64,000 nucleotides of DNA from Candidatus Terraquivivens tengchongensis (GTDB lineage: Archaea > Thermoproteota > Nitrososphaeria_A > Caldarchaeales > Wolframiiraptoraceae). Location of the stretch: the NCBI GenBank assembly GCA_023261845.1, contig JALNJZ010000001.1, positions 1 through 64,000 on the forward strand, given 5' to 3'. The position numbers and the translations under genes were made by a program. This document shows, in pieces, positions 39,544 through 49,138 of the stretch. The notes under the pieces were generated by a model. The model saw only the letters and a list, made by a program, of their open reading frames with translations, was not told the DNA's origin and did no database searches. How positions within the stretch are numbered: the first letter of the stretch is position 1; each line of letters starts with the position of its first letter.

Positions 39544-40922
39544 TGCTTCTTTCTCCTCTTAAGAACGTAAAAAACTGCGAGCGCCACCGGTATGAGTAAC
39601 AACAATTCTGAGATAAGTATGTAAATCTGCACACCAACTCCCTGTTCTTCAACGTTTTTTAGCTCGATGCTAGTTATGGCACCATTGGTTATTGTTATGT
39701 TTCCGGCACGAAAATAAACGACATTACCTACCGCATCGGAAGCGACAACCTTTACCCTGGCTACTCCATCCATAATTTTTATGTTCTCATTACCGACGTA
39801 CCTGTTATCCTGGGCTGGGCTCATCTCGAAAGTAGAGTTTATGATAAGTTTTCCATTCGTGTAATACTCCACGACCGCTGTGATGTATCTTAGATCGCCC
39901 TCCCTGTCTTCGACCTCAGCGAAAACTCTAAAATCTTTATCACTGAGTTTCTCGACCCATGCAGTTTTTATCTCTGGCGATCTAGAGATCGTTACCACTC
40001 CTATCGCATTCCTTGTTATATCAATGAACCAGAAAGTGTTGTTCGGACCTTTCGTGGGATGCCATGGCGAGGCAAGAGCTAAACGGATTTCATCAATCTC
40101 TCCATTAAAAACCTCACCCGCCGAGCTTCTTGGTCTGCAGAAGTAGACGACAGAGCCATAATCGGTTGAAAGAAGGGGCGGAGCGACAACCGTCCCAGTC
40201 GGCAGGGCTACCTTCTCAACCAGCTTTAGGTCCCTTGTCACGTGGATTAGATACCCTTCGACGGTCACTGCCCAAACACCACCGTCCTTCGCTGGCGTCA
40301 CAAGGTATGTCTGATTCTTGACTTCGTATGTTTTAACAGAACCGGAGGCCGTGTCAATAAGTAGCAGGCTCCTGTAGGATGCATCTATGACCCAGAGCCC
40401 TGCATCGGACTCGGCAATAACACCTTCGCCCATAGCAACGTTCAGGTTCAACTCACTCAACACTTTCATCTCGAACGGCGAGAAGAGCACGACCTGAGAA
40501 ACGCTAGGAAGGGCGAGCCACACGCCCTTTTTTGTCGGATACATATCCACGACGTCCGCTTTAAGCTCAAACGTCTTTACGTCAAGCGTCTTTGAGTCTA
40601 TAACGGCAACGGACTTTGTATTGCTAAGGGCTACAATGACTACCCCTTCATAATATAAAATCTTAGATGGGAGACCCGGGAGCCTTATCGCCATCATCTC
40701 ACCAGTCTTTGGCATGAAGAGAACGACCTCCATCCTCGATGGCAGCGACAGCCAGACTCTTTCCTGACTTTCGACGGCTATATGCGTGGGCAGATCTCCT
40801 CTAAGTTGAAAATCATAGTAGTCTAAAACTTTGATGGACATTGCTGGCTGAATCGTCGAAAGAAGCAGCAGGGCCGATATTACCATTAATGTAGCCGCTA
40901 TCCTCATCGCACGGTTCACCAT
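39528..40922 (-). CDS. secreted beta-propeller (Vgb-like) surface protein with C-terminal TM anchor
   Basis: Signal peptide, repeated G.VW blade motifs, beta-rich C-domain, TM followed by KRRKKHHKRK. Confidence 0.7.
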   Translation of the reverse strand: MVNRAMRIAATLMVISALLLLSTIQPAMSIKVLDYYDFQLRGDLPTHIAVESQERVWLSLPSRMEVVLFMPKTGEMMAIRLPGLPSKILYYEGVVIVALSNTKSVAVIDSKTLDVKTFELKADVVDMYPTKKGVWLALPSVSQVVLFSPFEMKVLSELNLNVAMGEGVIAESDAGLWVIDASYRSLLLIDTASGSVKTYEVKNQTYLVTPAKDGGVWAVTVEGYLIHVTRDLKLVEKVALPTGTVVAPPLLSTDYGSVVYFCRPRSSAGEVFNGEIDEIRLALASPWHPTKGPNNTFWFIDITRNAIGVVTISRSPEIKTAWVEKLSDKDFRVFAEVEDREGDLRYITAVVEYYTNGKLIINSTFEMSPAQDNRYVGNENIKIMDGVARVKVVASDAVGNVVYFRAGNITITNGAITSIELKNVEEQGVGVQIYILISELLLLIPVALAVFYVLKRRKKHHKRK

Positions 40923-40964
40923 CCGCTGTGTTTATAAATGTTCATGATAGTCTTTTATTACGAT

Positions 40965-42350
40965 ATGACGAAAAGTCTGATAAAGAACATGGATGAGTTG
41001 CTTGATGGTTACCCAGAGCCTGAAAGGAAGCTCAGGGAAGATATGCTTAACTCTGCTGAGGATGCGATACAAGCCGTACAGCCTGATGAGCTTTTACGCA
41101 AGAAACTTAAGTTAAGGGGGAAGACCTTAACGGTTGGTGATGTAAAGGTCAAGCTTACGGATTTTGATGAAGTGGTCATCCTAGGAGCGGGCAAAGCCAC
41201 CCATAGGATGTGTCATTACATCGAACAGCTCTTGGGTGATAAAGTAATAAGAGGAGTTATAATAGTCCCGCACAGTGTTGCAAATGTTTACACACATTCT
41301 TCTAAAGTAAAGGTCAGGGGCGGCGGGCATCCTGTCCCAGACAAAGAAGGATATGAAGCTGCCAAAGAGCTTGTTGAGATCGCGCAAAGCGTTGGGCCGA
41401 AAAGTTTAGTATTGGTGCTCATTTCAGGCGGCGGCTCAGCCCTTATGCCCCTGCCAGCAGAGCCAGTAACTCTGGAAGATAAGATAGAAGTTACAAGAGC
41501 GCTTCTAAAGTCTGGTGCAACGATTGACGAGATAAACATCGTTAGGAAACATCTTTCCATGATAAAGGGCGGATGGCTTGCTCGGCATCTTTCGAAGGCG
41601 AAAACTATATCACTCATACTATCCGATGTCGTCGGAGATAAGTTAGACATTATCGCATCAGGACCTACATCACCAGACCCGAGTACATATGCTGATGCTA
41701 TCTCGATTTTGAAAAAGTACGGCATTTGGGATTCCTCACCACAAAACGTAAAGGCCAGATTGGAACGCGGTATGAATGGTGAGGTGCCCGAGACACCGAA
41801 ACCAGGTGATGAGGCATTTCTAAACGTGCGCAACATAATAATAGGCAGTTGCTCCGATGCATGCACCGCGGCCTTTTCTAAGCTCACAAAGCTGGGTTAC
41901 AATACGATTTATTTGACGCATAGACTCGAAGGTGAAGCTCGTTACGTTGGCCAAATGTTAGCCAGACTCATACTTGATATAAAGTGTAAAAAGACAAAAA
42001 GACCAATCGCACTAGTGTTAGGTGGTGAGACTACGGTAACCGTGACGGGCAAAGGGGTCGGTGGTAGGAATCAAGAGTTAGCGCTGTCAGCGGCCATCGA
42101 GTTAGATGGTTTTGAGGGTTGCGCATGCCTATCTATAGGGACAGACGGGCTTGATGGACCGACCGATGCCGCGGGTGCTATAACCGATTGCTGGACACTT
42201 GATAAGGGCAGGAAAGCTGGATACGATGCGAGGGCATTTTTGGAGGATAACGATTCTTACACGTTCTTGAAGAAGGCGTCCTCCCTAATCTTCACCGGCC
42301 CTACGGGCACCAACGTCGGCGACCTCGTCATTCTGGGAAAGTTGCGATGA
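40965..42350 (+). CDS. glycerate 2-kinase (MOFRL family)
   Basis: GAGKA, GHPVPD, ISGGGSAL, SDVVGD, GGETTV, GGRNQE, TDGLDG, TGTNV.D. Confidence 0.93.
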   Translation: MTKSLIKNMDELLDGYPEPERKLREDMLNSAEDAIQAVQPDELLRKKLKLRGKTLTVGDVKVKLTDFDEVVILGAGKATHRMCHYIEQLLGDKVIRGVIIVPHSVANVYTHSSKVKVRGGGHPVPDKEGYEAAKELVEIAQSVGPKSLVLVLISGGGSALMPLPAEPVTLEDKIEVTRALLKSGATIDEINIVRKHLSMIKGGWLARHLSKAKTISLILSDVVGDKLDIIASGPTSPDPSTYADAISILKKYGIWDSSPQNVKARLERGMNGEVPETPKPGDEAFLNVRNIIIGSCSDACTAAFSKLTKLGYNTIYLTHRLEGEARYVGQMLARLILDIKCKKTKRPIALVLGGETTVTVTGKGVGGRNQELALSAAIELDGFEGCACLSIGTDGLDGPTDAAGAITDCWTLDKGRKAGYDARAFLEDNDSYTFLKKASSLIFTGPTGTNVGDLVILGKLR

Positions 42351-42497
42351 GCTAAAATCGAAGATACCCAGGTATTTTTAAGGAAATACGCAAAAAATGC
42401 CGCCTAGGCTTCGTGATAATACTTTTTAAGACCTGGTTCTATTTAAATACACGGATTAAATGCCTCCGAAAGTTAAAAGACGCAGAGATGGGAAAAC

Positions 42498-43088
42498 ATG
42501 GCGTCGTATGTTAAGCTGATGGTTGCAATACTCGTTTCGTTTGCAGTCATAACGTTAATGTCATTTGTTGAGAGTTTTTACGGTAAAACATACGAGTTGG
42601 TCGCAATATCAAGCATTGCTGTCTCAGCCCTTCTAGTCAGCCTGATAACTCGATCTTTAGTTATTAGCACGGTCAGCATGTGTATAGGCGGAGTCGCAGC
42701 CGTATTATTTACGCTCTCAAGTCCGTACGTTTTCAACATTCAACTCCAACTTTGGAATCCATTAATGATTTTCGGAATTTCGGAAACATTCGGGAGGTTA
42801 TTGCTAATTGCTATAGCGGTCGGAATCTCGGTAGGCATTACGAGTGTCATAAAAATCGCTACAAGTCCAAAAGAAGAGGTGAAAGTTCCTGTCGAAGAGC
42901 TGGTGAAAGAGGTCATCGAGGTGGAAGAAAAACCTGAGGTTACGACTGTTTATCCGCAGACAACTGAGGCTCCTAAGAAAACGGCCGAAGTTGCCATGGA
43001 GATGATGACGTGCCCGCACTGTGGAGGTAGCATACCATCCGACGCTCTCTTTTGTCCTTTATGCGGAAAAAGGGTTAAAGAGGACTGA
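42498..43088 (+). CDS. 4-TM membrane protein with C-terminal zinc ribbon
   Basis: Hydrophobic N-terminal half, acidic linker, CPHCG...FCPLCGK. Confidence 0.8.
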   Translation: MASYVKLMVAILVSFAVITLMSFVESFYGKTYELVAISSIAVSALLVSLITRSLVISTVSMCIGGVAAVLFTLSSPYVFNIQLQLWNPLMIFGISETFGRLLLIAIAVGISVGITSVIKIATSPKEEVKVPVEELVKEVIEVEEKPEVTTVYPQTTEAPKKTAEVAMEMMTCPHCGGSIPSDALFCPLCGKRVKED

Positions 43089-43121
43089 GACGGATAAATT
43101 GTTAACCATGGCGAGTTTTCC

Positions 43122-44036
43122 ATGCTAGTAAGATTGCTAGCTGCCGATAGTCTTGGAACGAGGAGCATGTGCACTTTCGTTGATACGGGAGACGTAAGCG
43201 TGGTGATAGATCCAGGAGCAGCTCTCGGTCCTTGGAGATATGGTCTTAAACCACATCCGAAGGAGGTTAAAAGATTAGAAGAACATAAGGCTGAAATTGC
43301 TAGTTTAACATCGAAGGCAGATCTGGCGATAGTTACACATTATCACTATGACCATATACCGAGGCCTTATGAGGATGTTTCGTGGCTTAAAGGTAAAATG
43401 GTCATAATAAAAGACCCGGAGAACAACATAAACTTCAGTCAAAGGTCAAGAGCACGTCTTTTTCTGGAACAGTTGCGGAAGGTCGGCTGTAAAGTATCAA
43501 TTGCCGACGGAGGGGACATCAGAATCGGCACGACGTCAATAAAGTTTTCAAAGGCAGTACAGCATGGAAATTCTCCGAAACTCGGATACGTCGTAGAGGT
43601 ATGCATAAGCACGAGCGGCGAGTGCTTGGTCCATACATCCGACGTGGAAGGTTTAGTAGAGGATCAGCAGCTTAGCTTCATCATAGATAACAAGCCTGAT
43701 ACCATAATATGCGATGGGCCCATGACCTACATGCTCGGTAGCAGGTTTACAGAGAACGATTTAGAAAAATCGATAAGTAATCTCATGAAGGTCGTGGCTT
43801 CATGTCGTCCAGCCGTACTAGTGCTCGACCATCACCTCATTAGAGACATAAGCTGGAGGGATAGGATAAACAAGCTTATGGTGTATGCTGAAAGCTTCGG
43901 TACACGTGTCTGCACTGCTGCGACACTCTCTGGGTTAAGCTACGAGCCCTTGGAAGCTATGCGAAGAAAGTTGTACGAGTCTTTTCCGGTAGACGAAGGT
44001 TGGAACGTTAAGGCAAATGAGTATGAAGACGTTTAA
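43122..44036 (+). CDS. MBL-fold hydrolase (UPF0282-like)
   Basis: SLGTRSM, IDPG.ALGP.RY.L.P, THYHYDH, TSDV.G, DHHL.RD. Confidence 0.85.
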   Translation: MLVRLLAADSLGTRSMCTFVDTGDVSVVIDPGAALGPWRYGLKPHPKEVKRLEEHKAEIASLTSKADLAIVTHYHYDHIPRPYEDVSWLKGKMVIIKDPENNINFSQRSRARLFLEQLRKVGCKVSIADGGDIRIGTTSIKFSKAVQHGNSPKLGYVVEVCISTSGECLVHTSDVEGLVEDQQLSFIIDNKPDTIICDGPMTYMLGSRFTENDLEKSISNLMKVVASCRPAVLVLDHHLIRDISWRDRINKLMVYAESFGTRVCTAATLSGLSYEPLEAMRRKLYESFPVDEGWNVKANEYEDV

Positions 44037-44116
44037 TGTTATGGTTGGTAATGTAGTAGTCTTTCCACTTTAGCAAAAACAAGACCCTTAAAAATGCTGA
44101 AAAATTGTTGGACGTC

Positions 44117-44371
44117 TTATTCTTTTTTCTCCTCTTCTGGTCTCGTCTCCATCGTCAACTCCGGCAGAGGTTCAGGAGTTGGTGTAGTCGCAAGTGTATA
44201 ACCTATCCATGCCAATATTGCGAGGATCAAACCCACACCGAGGAAAGCCGTTATCTGTATCGTTAAAAGCTGCCATGCTGGGGGCGATAGGAAGACAAGC
44301 CAGAAGTATAACACTAAGATCGCAATACTCACCACTAATATACAAACACCGATCGCTCGGTCCTTGTTCAT
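44117..44371 (-). CDS. small two-TM protein, DPM2-like archaeal family
   Basis: D..IG..., Y.W, AWIGYTLATTP.P.P, acidic tail. Confidence 0.75.
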   Translation of the reverse strand: MNKDRAIGVCILVVSIAILVLYFWLVFLSPPAWQLLTIQITAFLGVGLILAILAWIGYTLATTPTPEPLPELTMETRPEEEKKE

Positions 44372-44455
44372 ACTACATCAACTAATTTGTCAACCTTATA
44401 CGAATGGATTTAAATTTATCGGTGACGGGATTGTGATGGGAGAGGGGCAGAGCAA

Positions 44456-47317
44456 GTGGGTGAGCTGACAAGCGAAGGCGTACTGGAACTGTTAGCAAAG
44501 CCTGTTAGAGCAGCGTTCACCGAAAGGTTCGGAGAGTTAACCCCGCCTCAGATCGAAAGCATACCGAAGATACTAGAGGGGAAAAATCTGTTGTTGATGG
44601 CACCAACCGGTACTGGAAAGACCGAGGCGGCCCTCCTGCCCATACTCAGCAATTTAATACAAAACCCCGGGCACCCAGGAATAAAGGCACTCTACATAAC
44701 GCCGCTCCGCGCGCTCAATCGGGACATGCTAGAAAGGTTTGACTGGTGGGCCAAGAAGCTAGACATCAAAGTATCCGTCAGGCATGGGGACACGGCGGTT
44801 GCGGAGAGGAGGACGCAAACCCTCATCCCCCCAGACATACTGATAACTACTCCCGAGACACTTCAGGCAATTCTGTGCGGGAAGGTCCTCAGAAAGCATT
44901 TGAAAAGCATAAAGTGGGTCATCGTCGATGAAGTACACGAACTCGCCACAGACAAGAGGGGCACGCAGCTCTCCATAGCATTGGAGAGGCTATTGGAGAT
45001 CGTCGGTCTAGAGTTTCAGAGGATTGGTCTCTCGGCTACTATTGGATGCCCAGAAATTGTAGCCAAGTTCTTAGTAGGGCCCGGAAGGGAGTGCGAGATT
45101 GTAAGGGTCCCCGTGGCTAAAGGCATGAAGATAGAAGTCTTCTATCCTGTACCGGAAGACGAGGATGTGATGCTGGCTGAGGAGCTCGCAATCTTACCAG
45201 ACGTAGCATCAAGGCTCAGGACGATAAGGAGGCTCGTGGAGTCGCACGGCTCGACGCTAATATTTACGAATACGAGGCCTTTAGCCGAGATCTTGACGAA
45301 CAGATTTAGGGCATGGGACGAGAGCTTCAGCGTGGGCATACACCACGGTTCATTAGCAAAGTCCGCAAGGATATCAACGGAACAAGGCCTAAAGACCGGT
45401 ACGTTACTCGGCATTGTCTGCACATCGTCTTTGGAGCTCGGCATAGACGTAGGCAGGATAGACCTCTGCATACAGTATAACTCGCCTAGAGAAGTAACAA
45501 GGCTCATACAGAGGGTCGGTAGGAGCGGTCATAGAATAGGAAGTGTCGCTAACGGTGCAATAATTGTCATGGACTCGGACGATGCTCTAGAGTCCGTGGT
45601 CATAGCTAGGAGGGCATTGAGGGAGGAGCTGGAAGAAGTCAGAATACCTAAGAACTGCTTAGACGTCCTGATGCACCAACTTGCAGGGCTCCTGATAGAA
45701 TACGGCCGTGTTAACATCGAAGATGCTTTAAAGATCTTTAGGCGAGCATATGGTTTCTCGGAGCTCGACAAGCATACGCTCACAAGGGTCCTTGAGCATA
45801 TGAAGAGTTTGAATATCTGTGTGCTTACAGACGATGGTTACTTCTGGAAACCTATCAACTCCAAACCCCTATACGATTACTATTTCGGGAACCTTTCCAT
45901 GATACCAGAAGAGAAACAGTACTTAGTTGTTCAAGAGAGTACGGGAGAACCTGTGGGCATACTGGACGAGGAGTTCGTCGCCGAGTACGGTGAGCCCGGA
46001 ACGAGGTTCATACTGACCGGTAAAGCATGGGAGATACTCAGCACGCTGGGTGAGAAGATCTACGTCAGGAAGCTGGATGAGTATGAGGGTGCAGTACCTT
46101 CGTGGGTGGGTGACGAAATACCAGTACCTTACGAGGTTGCAGAAGAAGTCGGTAGCATAAGAGCGGAGTACGAGGAGCGCCTTCGTAAAGGCGAGCCGCA
46201 TGATGTTATCTGTGCTGATATAGCAAAGAGATACGGTGTCTCGGAGGAACTTATCTCTAGAAGCATGGTCGAGGTTAGAGCGCACATCGACTCAGGAATA
46301 CCGGTGCCTACGAATAGAAGGATACTCGTGGAGAAGGCGGGAGAATATACCATAATACACATACATGCTGGACTTAGGATAAACAGGACTTTGGCTAAGG
46401 CTGTTTCGTTCTTACTCTCTGAGAAGATCGGAATGCCCGTCGCCGTCCAGCAAGACCCTTACAGGATCGTCATAAGGTCTAAACATGTTTATCCAGAACT
46501 TGTCCTTGAGGCCTTAAAGAACTTATCCGATGGGGCCTTTGGTGAGGTTTTAAGAAAAGCCATCGAAGGCTCAACACTATTCAGGAGAAGGCAGGTTCAT
46601 GTAGCAAGAAAAATGAGCGTCATCAGCAAGGAGGCTAGCATACTTGACGTCAGCCTCTCTAAGATTGTTGAGATGCTAAAAGGCACGGTAGTTTATGATG
46701 AGGCGATGTCCTACTGCTTGTTCCAAGACTTTGATGAACATCGTGCGTACGAGCTTCTCCGATCCATATTTATAGGAGATTACGAGCTCGTGACTTATTC
46801 ATCGCTTAATGCTGTTGGGCCCTCGCCCCTGGCGCTGCTAACGCTCAGACGTTACCAGGAGGCTTACGAAGCAGTATCTTCAGACAGAATTGAGAGGCTA
46901 GTGCTGACGGCAGTAAAGACTAGGTTGATGAACGAGGTTGGTGTTCTTGTCTGCTCTGACTGCTATCAGTATTTCGACAAGGTAGTGGTCAAGGATGTCG
47001 ACGAGAAACCATCTTGCCCAGTATGTGGTTCAAGAAAGCTTGGTTTCCTAAGGGGCGAGGTGGAAGATGTTTATGGTCTAATATCCAGAAAGGGCAAGCC
47101 TATAAGCAGAAAAGAGAGGGATTTACTCAAAGAGATAGAGAAGAGTTCGGAGTTGATAGAGAAGTACGGGAAGGCAGCCCTCGTAGCACTATCAGGAAAG
47201 GGATTTACTGTGAGTGATGCCGCCAAGGTTCTAGAGAAGGAAGGAAACCTGACGGGTAGATTAATACAGCACATAATCGAGGAAGAAAAGAAGAAGCTGA
47301 TTGCTACGTTCAAGTAG
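44456..47317 (+). CDS. lhr: Lhr-family DEAD/DEAH helicase
   Basis: APTGTGKTEAA, TPLRALNRD, DEVHE, SAT, SSLELGIDVG, QRVGRSGH; C-terminal CSDC/CPVC. Confidence 0.93.
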   Translation: MGELTSEGVLELLAKPVRAAFTERFGELTPPQIESIPKILEGKNLLLMAPTGTGKTEAALLPILSNLIQNPGHPGIKALYITPLRALNRDMLERFDWWAKKLDIKVSVRHGDTAVAERRTQTLIPPDILITTPETLQAILCGKVLRKHLKSIKWVIVDEVHELATDKRGTQLSIALERLLEIVGLEFQRIGLSATIGCPEIVAKFLVGPGRECEIVRVPVAKGMKIEVFYPVPEDEDVMLAEELAILPDVASRLRTIRRLVESHGSTLIFTNTRPLAEILTNRFRAWDESFSVGIHHGSLAKSARISTEQGLKTGTLLGIVCTSSLELGIDVGRIDLCIQYNSPREVTRLIQRVGRSGHRIGSVANGAIIVMDSDDALESVVIARRALREELEEVRIPKNCLDVLMHQLAGLLIEYGRVNIEDALKIFRRAYGFSELDKHTLTRVLEHMKSLNICVLTDDGYFWKPINSKPLYDYYFGNLSMIPEEKQYLVVQESTGEPVGILDEEFVAEYGEPGTRFILTGKAWEILSTLGEKIYVRKLDEYEGAVPSWVGDEIPVPYEVAEEVGSIRAEYEERLRKGEPHDVICADIAKRYGVSEELISRSMVEVRAHIDSGIPVPTNRRILVEKAGEYTIIHIHAGLRINRTLAKAVSFLLSEKIGMPVAVQQDPYRIVIRSKHVYPELVLEALKNLSDGAFGEVLRKAIEGSTLFRRRQVHVARKMSVISKEASILDVSLSKIVEMLKGTVVYDEAMSYCLFQDFDEHRAYELLRSIFIGDYELVTYSSLNAVGPSPLALLTLRRYQEAYEAVSSDRIERLVLTAVKTRLMNEVGVLVCSDCYQYFDKVVVKDVDEKPSCPVCGSRKLGFLRGEVEDVYGLISRKGKPISRKERDLLKEIEKSSELIEKYGKAALVALSGKGFTVSDAAKVLEKEGNLTGRLIQHIIEEEKKKLIATFK

Positions 47318-47332
47318 TGTGGTGGACGTTAA

Positions 47333-47767
47333 ATGGGTAAGGAATATCCAAAGATGCCGGTCGTCGCTGTAGGTGTGTTAATACTTCAGGATCACAACAT
47401 ACTTCTCGTTAAAAGGAAGAACGAACCTGGTAAGGGAAGGTGGTCAATCCCAGGCGGCTCCGTTGAACTCGGAGAATCGTTGAAGGATGCTGTAGTCAGG
47501 GAAGTTTATGAGGAAACAGGTCTTTTGGTCGAGGTATCAGAATTGCTGGACATCATTGAGGTTATCAGGCGAGATAGTGCTGGCAACATAATCTTCCACT
47601 ATGTAATCCTCGATTACTTAGCTAAACCGATTAGCGGCACACTTAGGGCCGCATCGGATGCCTCGGATGTCATTTGGGTATCTGTAGACGAGGCCATGAA
47701 TATGGAAATCACAGATAGCCTAAGAGCAATGCTTCGCAAGCTGAAAGAAAAAGGATTCTTTGGTTAG
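47333..47767 (+). CDS. NUDIX hydrolase
   Basis: Nudix box GGSVELGESLKDAVVREVYEETG. Confidence 0.93.
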   Translation: MGKEYPKMPVVAVGVLILQDHNILLVKRKNEPGKGRWSIPGGSVELGESLKDAVVREVYEETGLLVEVSELLDIIEVIRRDSAGNIIFHYVILDYLAKPISGTLRAASDASDVIWVSVDEAMNMEITDSLRAMLRKLKEKGFFG

Positions 47768-48363
47768 GTTTTATCTTTAGTATCGTCCTTCGGCTGGGGT
47801 GGAGTGATTTCTGTTATTGCCTTTAGCAACTCTTTTTCGTCCACTTCTGCAAACGTCCTCCATCCAACCTTTATCATGTTATCTTCAACTTTTATGAGGT
47901 ACCCTTTCCTGATAAACCGCTCTATGGCCGCCTCAACCTTCCATCTCGGGAACTTCACCTCTAAGAGCTCTACTAGCTCCTTCTCAGTAGCCTTGCCACT
48001 CTTCGTAAATATGTACGAGAGTGTTGCGGCCAAGATTGCCACGTCTTCTATGCTCCAACCTGCGGCCACTATATCTGCGACGGAAAGCGGTTCGGAAAGC
48101 GTGATGAAAAACCTAGCTTTATCGAAATCCTCCTGAGCTGGGCTATCGCTCGATGGCTGGTCGAACATTATCTTTACCCTAAGACCTATACTGTTTAGTC
48201 TGCTGTTCAGTGCATCGATTATCTTGAGATAATTTTTACCCAACCTCCTACGCAGCTCCCAACCCCTGACACCTGGGAGTCTATGACTCGAGAAGAGAAG
48301 CATGCTGGCGGCTATCGCCAGCTTCTTACCTGCCCGTTCAGCTTCACTTTTCCTCTCTTCCAA
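47764..48363 (-). CDS. KITE subunit (Nse1/Nse3-MAGE-like tandem winged helix) of an SMC complex
   Basis: LN..L..IGL.V in WH-A; ...GYL......VGWRTFAE in WH-B. TTG 48363 follows a GGGGAGGTG SD; third gene of the SMC operon. Confidence 0.7.
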   Translation of the reverse strand: MEERKSEAERAGKKLAIAASMLLFSSHRLPGVRGWELRRRLGKNYLKIIDALNSRLNSIGLRVKIMFDQPSSDSPAQEDFDKARFFITLSEPLSVADIVAAGWSIEDVAILAATLSYIFTKSGKATEKELVELLEVKFPRWKVEAAIERFIRKGYLIKVEDNMIKVGWRTFAEVDEKELLKAITEITPPQPKDDTKDKT

Positions 48364-49132
48364 GATCCGACACCTCCCCACTTTTTAAGGAGACTACAAA
48401 CGTTGTTATCTTCTCTCTCTTACGTTTTGAGGGGTACGGCACAACCTTTACCTCTCCTGTAAGGGGATTCTTCTTTATTTCCGCTAAACCCTCGCTGACG
48501 ACGAAGCTGAGTACGTAGGCTCTCCATACAGTCTCCTCAAAGGTATCAGCACTTACTATGGACCAATAATCTAATTCGCCTCCGCTTCCTGCTGCCGTGA
48601 TACATCTTTCGTGCATCCTCTTCACTTCCTCTTCTAACGCTATGTCCTTTGTGTATCCTGCTTCCTTCACAATACGTAACGCATCCTCTTGTGTTGTCAA
48701 AAGCTTTTCATAGGCCCTGTCCCTAGGCGGTAACATTAAGAAGTACTCCATTCCCTGTCTTAGCCTGTAAGGCGTAAGCTGCTCGGCTCTGACAATAGGC
48801 CTCCAGCTTCTAGCAAGTGCTATAGCCAACTGCTTTGGTTCAGCAGAAGCTATTTTGAGCGATACTAGTTGACTGTCTACGAAAAGTGACGATGCTCTCT
48901 CCTTCAACCACTTCTGTTGCAGCGATATTAGAACAGCTATCTTATAAAGCGTCTCAGCGTCTAGAATTATAGTGTCCAGATCCTTCTGCTCTTCCAATAT
49001 GCGTCTTAGCTTCGTTAGGAGCTCTTTCACATTAACAGAGAACGGGTCCAAACCCCTTTTCTCGATAGATTCACAAAGCGCTATTATCTTCTCCAGCTCC
49101 TCTCTGCTCATCATCTTCCTTTCGTGAGACAT
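48344..49132 (-). CDS. kleisin (ScpA/Nse4-like)
   Basis: N-terminal LDPFSVNV.ELL; C-terminal TFEETV..AYVLSFVVSEG winged helix. Confidence 0.78.
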   Translation of the reverse strand: MSHERKMMSREELEKIIALCESIEKRGLDPFSVNVKELLTKLRRILEEQKDLDTIILDAETLYKIAVLISLQQKWLKERASSLFVDSQLVSLKIASAEPKQLAIALARSWRPIVRAEQLTPYRLRQGMEYFLMLPPRDRAYEKLLTTQEDALRIVKEAGYTKDIALEEEVKRMHERCITAAGSGGELDYWSIVSADTFEETVWRAYVLSFVVSEGLAEIKKNPLTGEVKVVPYPSKRKREKITTFVVSLKSGEVSDLGREEK

Positions 49133-49138
49133 GTCGCA

